Shown here one piece after another: positions 26,262 through 39,747 of a DNA stretch of 64,000 nucleotides. This stretch comes from Epiperipatus broadwayi. Its lineage: Eukaryota; Animalia; Onychophora. The notes under the pieces were generated by a model. That model made no database searches and had not been told where the DNA came from. It saw only the letters and a list, made by a program, of their open reading frames with translations. The translations under genes were made by a program, and so were the position numbers. Location: the NCBI GenBank assembly GCA_028023455.1, contig JAQFVV010000011.1:2542001-2606000 (forward strand), written 5' to 3'. Position 1 is the first letter of the stretch. Every line of letters begins with the position of its first letter.

Positions 26262-26398
26262 CTGAAATAAATTTATTTCTTAATAAATAAAAAAAAACAT
26301 ATTTACAATATATATATAATTTTTTAAAAAGTAATTTTTTTTAATATTAGTGTAAACTTAAAATATTATATTTGCTTCAGTCAAACCCAAAAGGACTC

Positions 26399-26965
26399 CG
26401 TTGTATTTATATATTGGACTATTTCCATCCTCTAATATGAGTATTGAATGTTTTCAGAAAAATTTAACTTTATTTAAATGTTCCAAATACATTCAACTGT
26501 TAGTAATAACACATAGGTTAGTATATGCACATCGTTTCGAGAGGTATTATTCTTCCCTCTTCTTCAGATATTACCGATGTGATTAGTGACAGTACTAGCA
26601 TGGGGATTGAACTTGGACCCTTAGATTCTTGAATATTAAAATTTAAGGTGGTGCTCTAATCAACTGAGCCATCCTGCAGTTGGTTAGAGTGCTACCTTGA
26701 AATTCGATACTCAAGAATCTAAGGGTCCAGGTTTGATTCCCATGCTAATACTGTCATTGGTTAGGTTAGCAGCACCTGAAGAAGAGGGGGAAATAATACC
26801 TCTCAAAACATTGTGCATATACTAATCTATGTGCTATTATTAACAGTTGAATGTATTTGGAATATTTAAATAAAGTTAAATCTTTGTAAAGAGATTTAAT
26901 ACTCAGATTAGATGTTGGAAATAGTTCAACATATAAGTACAACTAAAACACCATCTTCACAAACC
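26399..26965. mobile_element. Family C fold-back (tRNA-like head, hammerhead, tail) without GIY-YIG sequence
   Basis: The arms meet at ~26676. Hammerhead cores lie at 26567-26527(-) and 26772-26816(+). A degenerate 23 bp direct repeat (18/23 identical) lies at 26376-26398 and 26966-26988. Confidence 0.85.
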
Positions 26966-27509
26966 TTCAGGAAAGCACAAAATGACTCAAATTTGTTAAG
27001 TAGGTCAAATCATCATCTCTGAGAGACTTAGATATATCATTAAATATTGCTTGTAATAATGTAAAAACTCTGTTAATATTATAATGAACTTAATTCTGAG
27101 AATTATTATTTTATACATAACAGACTTTAGTCACCATCTTTTGCTAATCTTTCTGATAAGCAATTTTCACATCCCAATGCAAAATATTATCTTCCACTTT
27201 TTGTTGTTGTTGTTGTTAGGTTTTTAATTTTTAGTTCAAGAAGTTAAATAAATATTTCTTTTTAAATACTTCAATATAGAAATAATATTTTTCCACCTAT
27301 CATCCTTAGAATTATCTTCTTGTGAATAATTTAGGAGACTACACTTTTACTAAAGTTTTCTACTTAATAAGAACCATTTCCTTTTTGTAAATAAATTCTG
27401 ATTTTGGATTAGTATCTTAATCTTTGAATATACATAATCCGGAATGAATGCTTTTATATATTTCAATACACTTTATTGTCTTTTTCCCTCTCATATCTAC
27501 AAAACATAG

Positions 27510-27600
27510 TAATAACTGAAACACAGGCTTATTATATACCTGTGTCTATATATGTAATATATAGGGTATATGAGCACAGACTTTCACATGACTTTCACTC
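27510..27600 (-). mobile_element. Family B2 3'-end fragment
   Basis: Reverse complement of 33650-33732; also matches 14640-14720. Confidence 0.75.
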
Positions 27601-28705
27601 TAATAAAAAAAAATAGTTCAACAAAATTCTTTTTGACATAATTCTCTATTTCTCTCTCTCTTTAACTCAAAAACTCTAAAAAGTGCAAAATGTTTAATAT
27701 GAAGTCTAAAACGTGCACACACACATAGCACAATCAACAGTTTAAGAATCACATTTTAAAAAATAATATAAATTAAATAAGATGTATGAGTTAAAATGTA
27801 ACCATAGGCTCCGTTTTATAGGAATATGACAGATTTCCACTAGCTTTAATACCTGCATTAATCTGTGTACTAACATTCATCTGATTAATCTTGGTAGATC
27901 TTTGAGCATGATGCTCTCACTATAAATGGCTAGATACTAATTTACCAACCAATGTCAATTGAATAGCTAGGTCTGCTATGGGCTATTTACATGGTAAAAA
28001 AATAAAAACCTGCTTGTGATACGAAAAAAAAACCTTAAAGTTTATACAATCTAGTTTTGAACTGCAGACTATAAGCACACATATGGAAGAACTCAGTATT
28101 ATACTGTCTCATGATGCAAAAGCAGAGCATTTAATTTTCATGCCTAAAACTTGGAATTTAAATCCAGGCTAAGTAACATTTTTTTCAAGAGACTTAGACT
28201 TTTCTCTCAGGAATCTATAGTCAACCTAACTAATCATTCAATAGTAGTCAGTAAGTGGCTGTCTAATTATTTGCAGCTAAAGAGGGAAACAAGAGTGAAA
28301 ACATTCAGGCTCTCACCACTCAGAAATTAAAAAGCCCAAAGAGTACAGACTTTTTTTCTCCATGAGAGGATACTGGAAAAGCCATTGCTCTACAAGGGGC
28401 TATTTATTACAAAAGTCTATTTTTATAAAAAATAAAATATTTCATATTTATACTGGCCATTAATTTCTTCAAGGTAGCCAGTCATATTAGTAACCCAATT
28501 CAATATAGCAGTGATACTGAAAATGCTTTGTGAAAATAGAATAAGACATTTCTTTAAATTTTTTAAAAATACATATTATTTTTTACTTTTTAATTTTATA
28601 TAGTTTCAAAAATTAAGTTTAAATACAATTTAATACACTAGATGGCAGTATCGTAAAGAGTACTAAATCCCATATAAAATGTAAAAAATTTGCTAACTTG
28701 TTTTT

Positions 28706-28813
28706 TTTTTTTCATATGTCATAGCATCGGCCGGGACGCGAACCCACAACCGTCTGCAACCAACTACTTGCTTGCATGGCGGCTGCGATACCTCTCGGCT
28801 AACAACGCAAGAC
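28706..28813 (-). mobile_element. tRNA-Gly-derived SINE (long-variable-arm subtype) with 14 bp TSD
   Basis: GCTAACTTGTTTTT lies at 28692-28705 and 28814-28827, with a poly-T tract at left. CpGs are retained, suggesting a young copy. Confidence 0.8.
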
Positions 28814-30064
28814 GCTAACTTGTTTTTGCTAAAATTGTTTGCACTTTTTCAAAAAAATGTATTGACCTCAGGAATACTTATGAATGCAAAGTTTCAACTT
28901 GATTAGAAATTAGGAAATGGTTAAAATTGGATTACAATATTTTTCAATCAGACAAAAAAAAGAACAAAGTTAAATAAAAGTGTATAAAAAGATTGCTAAA
29001 TTTGTAAATACTATACTTATTTTAATAGTTGAACAAATGTTTTAATAGTTGAATATCTTTTTAAAATACATCATACCACTTTATGAATAAGCCCCCTCCT
29101 TTTACTAAGTCTTCTAAGAACAAAAGAAAGATAATTCATTGTCACAGTGCTAAGAGAATCTGTAAGTCAAGTACATGACCCTAAGTCTGAATTGAAATGA
29201 ATTTGAGATGTTTTTCAGTTTTTGAACAAACTTAGAATATTTCATTTATGGAATTGACCCACATCAATGATTGCTATCTTAATAAATTGATATCAAGATA
29301 TTCCTAGGAAGAGAACAAAACAAGGAAGCAAGCTCTCACATCCTCAAGCATTGACAATCCTGGTTTTTTTTTTTATTGTTTATCTAATAAGAAATGTTGA
29401 AAAAATAGTCATATCTCTTATTCAATCATTTCACAAGAAATTCTTAAGGAGGGATGTTAAAGAAAAAATAAAGAGAAATCTTAATTTGAGAGCCTTAGTT
29501 GTATGACAACTTTTAAAATCATTGGTGAAGATTCAGTTACAATTTAATCCCATTATATATATATATATATTAAAGCAGTTTTATAGAAAAGTAATTGTGT
29601 TTTTATTACTATTTTTATATTATATATACAATTAAATCAACTCAGAAATACCTTGGTGTTTAATTTACTTTTTTGCTAAAATATCTATTCACCAATCAAT
29701 AATTGTATGCTGCATACATGGTGTAGTAACGAAGTTGCATATACTCTGGAGATCATCTTCCATGGATTATAGTCCATTTCTAACACTTTCATGGTTCAAA
29801 CTTTCTATAAACTCATGAGCAATAAACATTTGATTATTAACATTTTTTTTTTTTTTACTGATCAATTATTAAATCGATTGATTATAGAATAATAATCTGA
29901 AAAAATCTTGAATTTATCTGGGAATTCTTCATCTTTTAAAAATTCATTTCACATTTGATTCTACTGCAGTAATTCTACAACATAAGGTTCTATTGATTGC
30001 ACTTCACCACACCACATTTGGTGCTCTTTTAGTATGCAATCTCCACCATTTTGGATTTCAAAAA

Positions 30065-30250
30065 TAAAAAATAATTATCGTATGACACATCTAAGCGATA
30101 AAAAAGTACGCAAAAATGCAAAAGAATTTAGAACTCTGGTTACGTGACTTGAAAAAAAAAGGTGTTTCCACATACTTTTTTATCATTTAGATGTGTTAGA
30201 TGACGTTTTTGAAATTCAAAATGGCAGAGAGCGTGTACTAAAAGAGCACA
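30065..30250. repeat. Family F inverted pair
   Basis: CGTATGACACATCTAAGCGATAAAAAAGTACG is inverted relative to CATACTTTTTTATCATTTAGATGTGTTAGATGACG; the right arm matches 5510-5600. Confidence 0.55.
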
Positions 30251-31447
30251 GATTACTTTGATTAGGATTTGAACATGACTTTGTAGCTTATGGCTTATTA
30301 CAAATTATTTAATCAATCATTTTTTGACAGAAATGATGGGGGGGGGTATAGTCTCACTGCTCAAAGTAAAATGACATTAATTTTCAATTAATCAATCTCT
30401 TACATCAAACACACCAGAAGTAAGCCATTTCTCATCACAATTTTGGAGAATTTATATAAAAAAAAATATTTGAGACCACAAACATTATCTTGGTCATAAA
30501 GCTTAGCAATATTACTGCTTCAAGATATCAAAATTTACTTATATAAGAAATAATAAAAGGTGATACTAGTTTGGTTAGTTAACAACACATTAAATGTTAT
30601 GGGACAAAAAGGACCCGTAGAATGCAATATATAAAAACATTTTTTTAAAAAATAATTTTTTTTTTATACCATTATTATTCAGCTTTTATTTAAAAAAAAA
30701 ATAAAAAAAAGTTTTTAATTACAAAAAGAACCTGATACTTTTTAAAAAAAATAAACTTTAATATATTCTGTAAATAAACAAATATACGTATAAACGAACA
30801 CGCACACACAAGCAGTCTGAAGATTACAGTTTACAGCTTATTAGCGAAATAATAAATAGAAGGATTTTCCAATGACGCAAATCTGCCAAAACTATAGTGC
30901 TCTAAACAGCTGTTATTGAAAACGAATAACTAACAAGGTATTAAAATAACTATTTTTAACCATTTTTTATATATACAAAAAACATAAATACATTTTACAT
31001 ATTGTTATATCTATTATTAACATTTTCTATTGCAGCAATTAATTTATTATTATAAATATGAAAAAACAGAATATGTAAAAAAAAAGATTATTGATACAAA
31101 TTATAAATATCATTAAAAAAATAAGTGCTTGGAAAAAGTCTCTATTTACTGGATTAACATATGAAATTAGGCATTTTCTTTCAAAAAATAGTGTTTTAAA
31201 AAAAATAAACAATCAATTGCTGAATCTTAAGCGGGTTCTTGTTTTGGATACAATATGATCTAATATTGAAAATTTCCATTTATTTTATGTTGATGTAGGC
31301 TTTATTGTGTTCAACATAGATTTCAAATATTCCAAATTATTTGTCAATTAGCTTCAAATAAAGTAAATTCTTTTTCCAATGTTAAAATATTATTCACAAC
31401 TGGTTGAGGTTGTTTTAAACTTTCTTGTATTGGCTCTTCTAATGGTT

Positions 31448-32017
31448 ATTAAAACAGGCAAAACTCTCCATACAGTAGTTCCACTCAATGCAAGCCAGAG
31501 TAATCAATGGATGCCAGAAGGCTTGTGCATAAAATCCCTATCTAGTGCCTACTCATTCAATATACCCAGACTAGTTTCTAGCTTATGTCTTTTGTCAGTG
31601 GGGAACTTTGGATCTGAGAGTACTGCACCTAGATCTTACAATCTAATGCAACCCTCCAGCAGCCACCTTTTATCTCTACTTAACTATAAAACTATGAGTC
31701 TAAAATTGAAAACACAATAATATTTTCAATACAAGCTCATTAGCTTATATAGTCATATAAGTCTGAACTCAGTTCAGTACCCATACATTTTGTTGTCTTT
31801 GGTTCTTTAATAACCATAGCCACCAGTATCCTATTAGAAACTAGTCTGGGGATATTGGATAAGTAAGCACTTGATAGGGATTTTATGCACAAGACTTCTG
31901 GCATCTATTGATTACTCTGGCTTGCACTGAGTGGCACTACTGTATGAAGAGTTTTGCCTGTTTTAATAACAGTTATAAGCAAGCATAAAAATGGTGATTA
32001 TATGATGTTTAGTGATT
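31448..32017. mobile_element. Family A fold-back with 13 bp TSD (1 mismatch)
   Basis: Reverse arm 31448-31830 (hammerhead core mutated to CTGACAA); the forward arm starts at AGAAACTAGTC ~31836. TCTTCTAAT(G/T)GTT lies at 31435-31447 and 32018-32030. Confidence 0.85.
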
Positions 32018-32039
32018 TCTTCTAATTGTTGTTGTAAAC

Positions 32040-33410
32040 TTACTGAAGTATTTGCAGAACAACTTTCTGTCACTACTTCAATGTCCAAATGATATTTGAA
32101 TTTTAACTTTATCCAAAAATCCTTTGCTTAATATCAAATTTTCAGCTTGAAGTGCATTAAATAAAAATTTTAATATCTCTTTATATAAGAAGATTAATAT
32201 CATTGCAACTTAAAGCTTCAACATCAAGTTTTGTGGGATCTAACAAATTATGTATATATTTATCTGTGTCTGTGTTTTTCAGTTTCCACAAACTGCTCAT
32301 ATTCAATTTCAACCAAGCTCTATTTATGGGATCAATTACTCACAAAAACCATTCCACCATAATTTGTAAACTGTTCCACTCTGTGTGTGACAATCTAAAA
32401 GTGATGACAATTCTTTTTTTACCATATTCATTATATATTTTTATAAAATGGAATATTTCACAGGTGTATTTTTAAAAAGTTTAACTATTTTTCAAATTTT
32501 TTTGATTGTGTCGAAAACATTCAATTCGTCAGTAAGCAAATACTCTTCAATGATGGAATCATTTTCATTATCATCCTTTTCAACACTTGAATCTTCTTGA
32601 TCATTTTTATCATCAGTGTGATTAGAATCCTTTTCCAGTTTCTGATTTATTTCTCTCAATTTTTTTATATAAAAAGTGGACCTTACAAACAATTGTATAG
32701 CATGGTTATAACACAATTGAGACTTGACAGGTAACAATCTCCCAAATTTCAGCACTACACTAGCTCCATCAGTAGTAAATGCCACAATATTTTTTGTTAT
32801 ATTCAATTCAAAAAGCTTAAATTTTTCTTCAATTACATGAATTAATGTATTTGAAGAGCAACTGCCAACAATTTGTACTGTAATAATTATGGATATTTAA
32901 ATATCTATGGTTTTTCATGCTTGTCCACTCATCAACTGAAATACTCACCTTTTTGTTAAATAACATCATTTTGTTTATTTTGTTAATAGAGTCACCTTTA
33001 ACTTCCTCATAAAATTTATAAATCAATTTCATAACATATCTTGGTTGTGTTGATAAAATGAAACCTAGCACTTTTACACTACTTTGTATAAAATGACTTT
33101 TACATATTTGGGTTATAGTGAGTTCATCTTTTGCAGCAAGCTTAGCAACAATTTCTGTTCATGCTGGAAGATGTTTTATTCGAATGAAATTGTCAAGGGG
33201 TTGTTTTTTTTTTGTTCTTCCATAAGTTTTACTCATTTGATAGAATGATAGTTTTCTTTTATGATTCAATTCATTGAATGTGTGTGCTCTAAATAGCGAT
33301 GCAAACCCGTTAGGGAAGAATTTTTGCACGATATTTGTTTGGAACAAGCACTGCACATTGCTATGTCTTTCTATTCCTTTTTAAAATGGTTTCAGCAATA
33401 ACTACATATC
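32040..33410 (-). pseudogene. Degraded hAT transposase with N-terminal BED zinc finger
   Basis: The minus strand gives W(stop)NHFKKE..IAMCSACSKQISCKNSSLTGLHRYLEHTH (BED), SISVDEWTS, TTDGAS, C-Y-N-H and LDCHT/EWNSLQIMVEWFL, all hAT motifs. Several frameshifts. Confidence 0.9.
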
Positions 33411-33484
33411 TACTTGCTCATTTTTAGGGTCTAAGTAAGTATGTATATATATTAATAAATTTAAATTTACAAACTCTACTATCT

Positions 33485-33732
33485 TAATACATATCTGAGC
33501 ACTTATACTATATATGTGTGTAAAGATGATAGTCTGGACCAACTGATGATTGCTGGTTTAGCATGAAATACGTATATTGGTGATTATTTATCTTTTCAGC
33601 ATATATGTGTTTAGGTGTATCGGTGTTATTAGATAGAGTGGAGAGAGGTGGGTGGTGTGAAAGTCTGTGCTCATATACCCTATATTACACATATATAGCC
33701 ACAGGTATATAATAAGCCTGTGTTTCAGTTAT
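33485..33732 (+). mobile_element. Family B2 copy next to the 5' end of the hAT remnant
   Basis: Aligns with the arms of 14637-15109. Confidence 0.85.
33536..33582 (+). ncRNA. Minimal type I hammerhead ribozyme (family B), near intact
   Basis: ACCAA CTGATGA(33543-49) T-TGCT-GGTTT-AGCA-T GAA ATACGTAT A| TTGGT. Stem I has 5 bp and stem III is the 8 nt palindrome ATACGTAT, with predicted AUA cleavage after 33576. The first stem II pair is T.T here but G-C in the 3547 and 61424 copies. Confidence 0.78.
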
Positions 33733-34729
33733 TAAAACACTTGTATTACAATTTTTAAGAAATGTTTTGCAAATATAATTTTGTTTTGTTTTTTCGCAAA
33801 ATTCTAGAGAAATTACATTAATTAAATTTCCGGAGAATCGAGAAATCGAAAAAAAGAATTCTTGAAAATAATCTCTCTCTATACACGATCTTAAAATTTT
33901 TTTAGTAATCAGAAATAGTTATCTTATGAATAAAAATGCCTTTTAACTTAGTAGTGAGAATGTAATTGTATTTGTAGTTTAAAGAAAAAAGAGATCTAAT
34001 ATAACAATATTTTTTATGGTAGATTTGCTCTAAAATCTTTATTATTGTTTTTATTAAAGCTAATATTTTAGTCTGCATTTTAAATATTTTACTTAAGCAG
34101 TCCTATTACAATATTAAGGTGATTATATTATAAATTAAAATTTTATTAAGGTGATATTAATAATCATTTGGTTATAAATAGTAATATTTAGTTATAATAA
34201 TAGTAATAAAATGTATGCGCATATATATTATAAAAATGATGGAGTAATGCTTTATTAAATTTTAGTATAATTTATTTAAAATAATTTGATTTATTTATTC
34301 ACTTTTGAAATCCAATAAATCTTTTTATACAATCTTCACAGCTTCCCATGCATTTTTACTAATTGCTGTGGGACAAATATCTGAGAATGGCTCTTGAATT
34401 GTATTTAAAAAGAACTGTAAAAATTTAATGTAATATTATTTATTTTTTAAAAAAATATATACTAAATTTTATGTAATATAATTTTAATTTATCATTATGT
34501 AGAATATTTTCTTTTAGCATTCTTCAAGAAAAATGTATGTGAAAAAATGAATAGGTATATAAATTCATTCTATTTTTTTGTACACCAATAATCCACATAC
34601 AATACATTTTGTGTGAATAAATTAACCATGTGCGTATGGAATTTAGTTCTTGACAAAGATTATGCAAACTTAAAAATTTTTTTTTATCTTATAATAACTT
34701 ATTTAATTTATTTATAATATATTTCCCAA

Positions 34730-35047
34730 CCTTTAAACATCACAAGATCACTATCTCCCATGCTTGCTCATAACTGTTGTTAAAATAGGCAAAACTCTCT
34801 CCATACAGTATTGCCACTCAAAGCAAGACAGAGTAATCAATGGATGTCAGAAGGCTTGGGCATAAAATCCCTATCTAGTACCTCAGATCCAAGGCTCCTC
34901 ACTGATGAAGGTCACAAGCCAGAAACTAGTTTGGGGATATTGGATGAGTAGGCCCTAGATAGGGATTTAATGCCCAAATCTTCTGGCATCCATTGATTAC
35001 TCTGCTTTGAGCAGCACTACTGTATGGAGAGAGTTTTGCCTACTTTT
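34730..35047. mobile_element. Family A fold-back with 12 bp TSD and near-intact hammerhead (34885-34945, +)
   Basis: Reverse arm 34730-34882, then the forward arm. The core reads CTGATGA(34902-08) AGGTCACAAGCCA GAAA CTAG TT. TATATTTCCCAA lies at 34718-34729 and 35048-35059. Confidence 0.85.
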
Positions 35048-35091
35048 TATATTTCCCAAGTGTGAGGTGGATTTGGTATTAACTGTTTCTT

Positions 35092-35185
35092 TCTTTCTTT
35101 TCTTTTTTATGTGTCAAAGCGTCAGCCAGGAAGTGAACCCTGGGACAACTGCATGTAAGGCAGCTGTGCTAGCCACTCGGCTACC
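35092..35185 (-). mobile_element. tRNA-Gly-derived SINE with 11 bp TSD
   Basis: AACTGTTTCTT lies at 35081-35091 and 35186-35196. Confidence 0.75.
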
Positions 35186-35434
35186 AACTGTTTCTTGTTG
35201 ACTAATAGAGAATGATCCCTCTGAACTTATGCAGGTGTCATTCATAATAATGGCTATTTTATTTGTATTATAAGATGTATATTTTAAGAGATGAATCATT
35301 CCACTTATTTTTAGTAGTTAATGAAGTATGTCAACATATTTATATATTTTCCTAGATAAGCCACTAGATAAGCAACCATAGCAAAAATGGATTCTTGCCA
35401 TAATATTTTGAGATATAGTATTTGGAGAATTATA

Positions 35435-35678
35435 AATTTATTTAAGGCACATTGATTACATAAGTAATATTTACTAAGGAAATAAACCTTTAAGCATGTG
35501 CGCTTGAAAATGCGATGATAGGGACCTCTACAGGTCTAGATTGAAGTAAAGGAGGGTGTTCCTTGGGTTCCCCTCTTTTTTTTCCAAAGTGTAAGCTTAT
35601 GGTTAAGACCTGTAGAGGTCCCTACCTTTGCATTTTCAAGTGCACATGCTTAAAGGTTTATTGCCTTAGTAAATATTA
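35435..35678. mobile_element. Family E fold-back with ~77 bp arms and 14 bp TSD
   Basis: TTTGGAGAATTATA lies at 35421-35434 and 35679-35692. The left arm carries ~26 nt of extra terminal sequence that is also seen at 18386-18413. Confidence 0.85.
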
Positions 35679-36807
35679 TTTGGAGAATTATATATATTTG
35701 AAGTGTAGATATCATAAATAATAATAAGAGAAGTTAGAGATCACTTATTTAAATTACCCACATAAAAAAAATATATTCTGATTTTATTCCACATTTTATT
35801 CAATACTAAGCAATTCTTTTTTTTTTTAGCTTTTGGCAAAATTTATAAACATTGTTAATATTTACACAAGTCAAATTTAGGATCAACGTCATATTAAAGA
35901 CTTCTGCTTTTTTTTTTCACATATGCAAAATATTTAAAATCTTTGTCTTTATTTATAAGGAGCTGGAAATAATAAAGAAGTCTCCAGTCAAATTCTAAAA
36001 ATTAATAAATCATATATCATTATTATTTTGTCTTATTAATTGTCAATAAAATAGGAACTTATTTTTTAATTAAACTTGGCTTTCATATTTTTTTAGTTGT
36101 AAGATTATATCCCTTATTATTCCTTATCTTGGTCACATGATTGTAAAATGCATTAACACATATATATATATAAATGAAATATTTATTTTATATAGCACTA
36201 CGTTTATAAACTGTAATATTAATAATCAGCCATAAAGCTAATGCACATGTGCTTTGTAGATTTTTAACTATAAATGAATACTCTCACTTTCAAACACAAG
36301 ATAAAGTCTTTGTGAAAAGATAGAATGAATCATATATCTTTTCAACCCAAAAATTTATGTACGAAATGATCACTTTAAATTACTTTAACTATGCTTGAAT
36401 GAATGACATAATTTACCCAGAGATATTTGCATCAACATTTAATTATGTTTTGGAAAATAATTAGAATGCATTTAACAATAACACTGCAAAGAGATTTGAT
36501 TTATACAATATACATATACATCTTAGAAGTTATTAAGAATATAAGAAGAAATATAGATTTATTAAATTATTATATTTATTTTATTAAATGTAGTTTGGAT
36601 TCAATAAAATACCCCTCTGAATTCCTGAATTAATTTTTTTTATAGTTACAATATATACATATTATTAAACAGGAAATGCATCTAATATAATTTCATTTTT
36701 ATTATTACTTTTTCTTTGCATAATTTCTTATAGTGGTGGAGTGGCAAAGACTAGAGATACTTGGATTGCTATTCCATATAGTCTTCTTCTACTTCAACTT
36801 CTTATTC

Positions 36808-36905
36808 CTAAGTAATATTTACTAAGGCAATAAACCTAAAGCATGTGCGGTTGAAAATGCAAAGGTAGGGACCTCTACAGGTCTTAACCACAAGCTTACA
36901 CATTG
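36808..36905 (-). mobile_element. Family E single arm
   Basis: TAAGTAATATTTACTAAGGCAATAAACC...GGGACCTCTACAGGTCTTAACCACAAGCTT, with no inverted partner. Confidence 0.8.
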
Positions 36906-37132
36906 GACTATTTGTTTATTTCTATTACTTTTTATATACAGCAGAGTCAAAGTCAAGTGGAAATGCAGAATCAGTCCTCAGCAGTGGAAAGAAAAATAGA
37001 AGATTCCTCAACTGAATAAAATTGTCTTTGTCAGATCCACATCTTGTTTATGTGAATATCACTGACCTCCCAAAGAATTATTTTTACTATTTTTCTACTA
37101 TAAATTTTGGATTTATTATTGAATACAATATT

Positions 37133-37246
37133 TTTTTTTTCATATGTCATAGCATTGGCCGGGAGGTGAACCCGCAACAACTGTCTGCAACCAACTGCTT
37201 GCTTGCAAGGCAGCTGCACTGATCTCTTAGCTAACAACGCTTGACG
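37133..37246 (-). mobile_element. tRNA-Gly-derived SINE (long-variable-arm subtype) with 13 bp TSD
   Basis: TGAATACAATATT lies at 37120-37132 and 37247-37259. Confidence 0.8.
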
Positions 37247-37639
37247 TGAATACAATATTGTAATAATTAAATATCAAAATTTCAAACTTAAACACTGCAA
37301 AAAAACTTATATTTTTAAAAATGATTACTTACATCAAGAAATGCAAAAGTTATTACTAGAATTGATAGTCACCAGTTTTTATCAAGAGTTCATTAAATCT
37401 TATCTTGAAATATATTTCTTTTTTTTAAATCATATTTTGTAAGCAGAACATTTTCAGAAATTTTGTCAAAGAGAAAATCTGAATGGAGTACTAGTTTTAG
37501 TTAAAGCTAACTAGAAATTATTCTACATTTAACATTACTATGAGAATTTCATAAAATATTCAGCATCATTCAAGAAAGATAGATATTTTTTGTTGGGTGT
37601 CTTTTACTCTCTTTTTTAGTCATTTCTGATAGATGGTTG

Positions 37640-38575
37640 TGCTAGCATAAACATTGAACATGCATTAGATGCAGATGTGTGGATAGCAAAGGAGGCAATT
37701 CAATGAGAAATGGGATGGTCAAGTTTTTATATGAGGGAGCAAAAAGCAAAATGAAAATGTTCGGTAGATTGCAGTTTATGGATAATAAAAGAATAGCCAA
37801 AATTGTATTAAACTGGGTTATCAATAAAGGTCAGATAACAAGATGGGTGAGGAAGGTAATGCGATATGCAGAAAATTTGGATAAAGGATTTTATGTCAGT
37901 ATATTTATACAAAAGGTAGGATGATTGTGTTAGGAGAATTGTTGAGTGTTATAGTGGTAAGGAATGGGATAGAAGAATAGATGCATTAATAAAGAATAGA
38001 AGAATAGATGCATTAATAAAGAATAGGGAATTGGAGAGATGGAGAAGTAGTATGGAGAGTAAAAAGAGTTTAAATATATATAGATGTAAATGGAATATTG
38101 GGTGCGAGTTAATTTATGATAATAGCAAGGAAAGTAGTTTACTGTTTAAGGCTCGAATGGGATCTTTAGCAACAGGGAATTATAAACGTAAATGGAAAAA
38201 TGTGGGTGATTTAGTCTGCAAGTTGTGTAAGGAAGGCATAGAAAATATGAGGCATCTGTTCATTGAATGTAAATGCCTGAAAGCAGAAAGGGTACAAATA
38301 ATAAAGTTGTGGAAGAATAAATATAAGGGAAGTAATTATAAACGAAGTGGGTTATTGATTGTTGTATGCTGGTTTGGGAAAAGATAAGAGGGAGTTAGAT
38401 ATAAAGGTCATGGAGTTGACAAAGATTATGTTGAGGAAATGGGATGGAGCAGAATATGGGAAAATTTAAAGTTGGGAATGAAAGGAAAGGTATAATAGCT
38501 AACTGATTTCTCTGCACATTATTGCTGAGAGATTCCTGACTCCATACAAGGAGAAGTCACGGTGCATCACATCTA
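37640..38575 (+). mobile_element. 5'-truncated LINE 3' fragment (same family as 16299-17297), colinear
   Basis: ORF 38031..38387 contains YDNSKESSLLFKARMG...VCKLCKEGIENMRHLFIEC (CCHC). There is a small internal duplication at ~37970-38030, and it ends GTGCATCACATC. Confidence 0.88.
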
Positions 38576-39124
38576 ATAATCTTTAGACTGAAATATTGAA
38601 TTTAAGTCATACTCTAACCAAGTAATCTATTCCATCGAAAACCATATTTCTTTAAGAAGGACATTCAGATTTCTTATTTTTTCTTCTTCTAATAGCAATA
38701 TTAATGATGGTTTCCAAACATTGAGGATAGCACAGTAGATCAATGCATTAAAAGTCATTTTCCATTGTCATGTGAGTAGCTCTCTCTGCCCAATGTTTTT
38801 ATGTTTTATCACTAGTGCGTGCATGGCTGCTACTTTAGACACATCTGGATCAAAAATATCATTATTAAAGAATAAAAAATACCTTCTTTCAAAGGCAAAT
38901 TATATATATATATAATAAATTATTATTTGATAAATATAATGAAATGAAAAACAAAATGAATGGTTACTTACAGTATATAGAGTTCATTACGCTTTGATTT
39001 GCATGTCTGCATTCAAATCTTTGTTATCATTCATTTCAAGCAAATACATTAATGATCATTACTAATTATTCATTAAGTTGTAGATTATCATTTCTAAACC
39101 AAATACAAACTTTACCCCCAGTTA

Positions 39125-39210
39125 AAGATTGATATAAAGACATGATGAATACATGTGTAAGAGATTGTGATTGGACCAAGTGAAGAATATTGATCTAGCA
39201 TAAAGTTCAC
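39125..39210 (+). mobile_element. Degenerate family B3 fragment
   Basis: ATGTGTAAGAGATTGTGATTGGACCAA... matches 23790-23830. Confidence 0.5.
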
Positions 39211-39443
39211 TTTGAGGGCCATTTATCTTTTTCAAATGTTGCAAGATTATGTGGTGGAGTAAAAATTTTGAGTATATTAAGATATCAAAAAGCAACAACT
39301 GTTTATTTAAAATTTTACTATGGAAATAATACTTGAAATGAAAAGTTAATCTCAATGTTGACAAAATTAAAAAAACAAACCTTAATTGATAATTAATGTA
39401 ATTTAAAATATATATATAAATCACAAAATTATAAAAGTTCTAA

Positions 39444-39747
39444 ATTTAATCAGCCATTTAAGCTATTGTTCGCTTTTTTCACGAGTGTTAAATAATAATA
39501 AATGAGTACTTCCGCTTACAACACAAGATATAGTATTTAGGAAAGAATAAAATGAATCCACTTATTCAATCCAACCCAAATGCTTATATATGGGCAAATC
39601 TTAAGTACTGTAAGTGGGTTGGATTGAATAAGTGGATTCATTTTATTCTTTCCTAAATACTATATCTTGTGTTGTAAGCGGAAGTACTCATTTATTATTA
39701 TTTAACACTCGTGAAAAAAGCGAACAATAGCTTAAATGGCGCTAAAA
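39444..39747. repeat. Perfect 126 bp inverted repeat (39453-39578 / 39615-39740) with 36 bp spacer and 13 bp flanking direct repeat (family H)
   Basis: The arms are identical base by base as read. ATAAAAGTTCTAA lies at 39431-39443 and 39748-39760. Confidence 0.93.

Noticed and set aside
29715-30060. Possible further GIY-YIG remnants here and at 60350-60720 (they share AAACTTT.TATAAACTC.TGAGCAATAAAC)
   Set aside because: The shared ~30-mer suggests an old repeat, but the protein motifs are too broken to assign.
35585-35655. Family E as a twister, pistol or HDV-like ribozyme
   Set aside because: There are local resemblances (stem-UAA-stem; GUGGUUA; GGUCCC) but the required pseudoknots and catalytic strands could not be built by eye.
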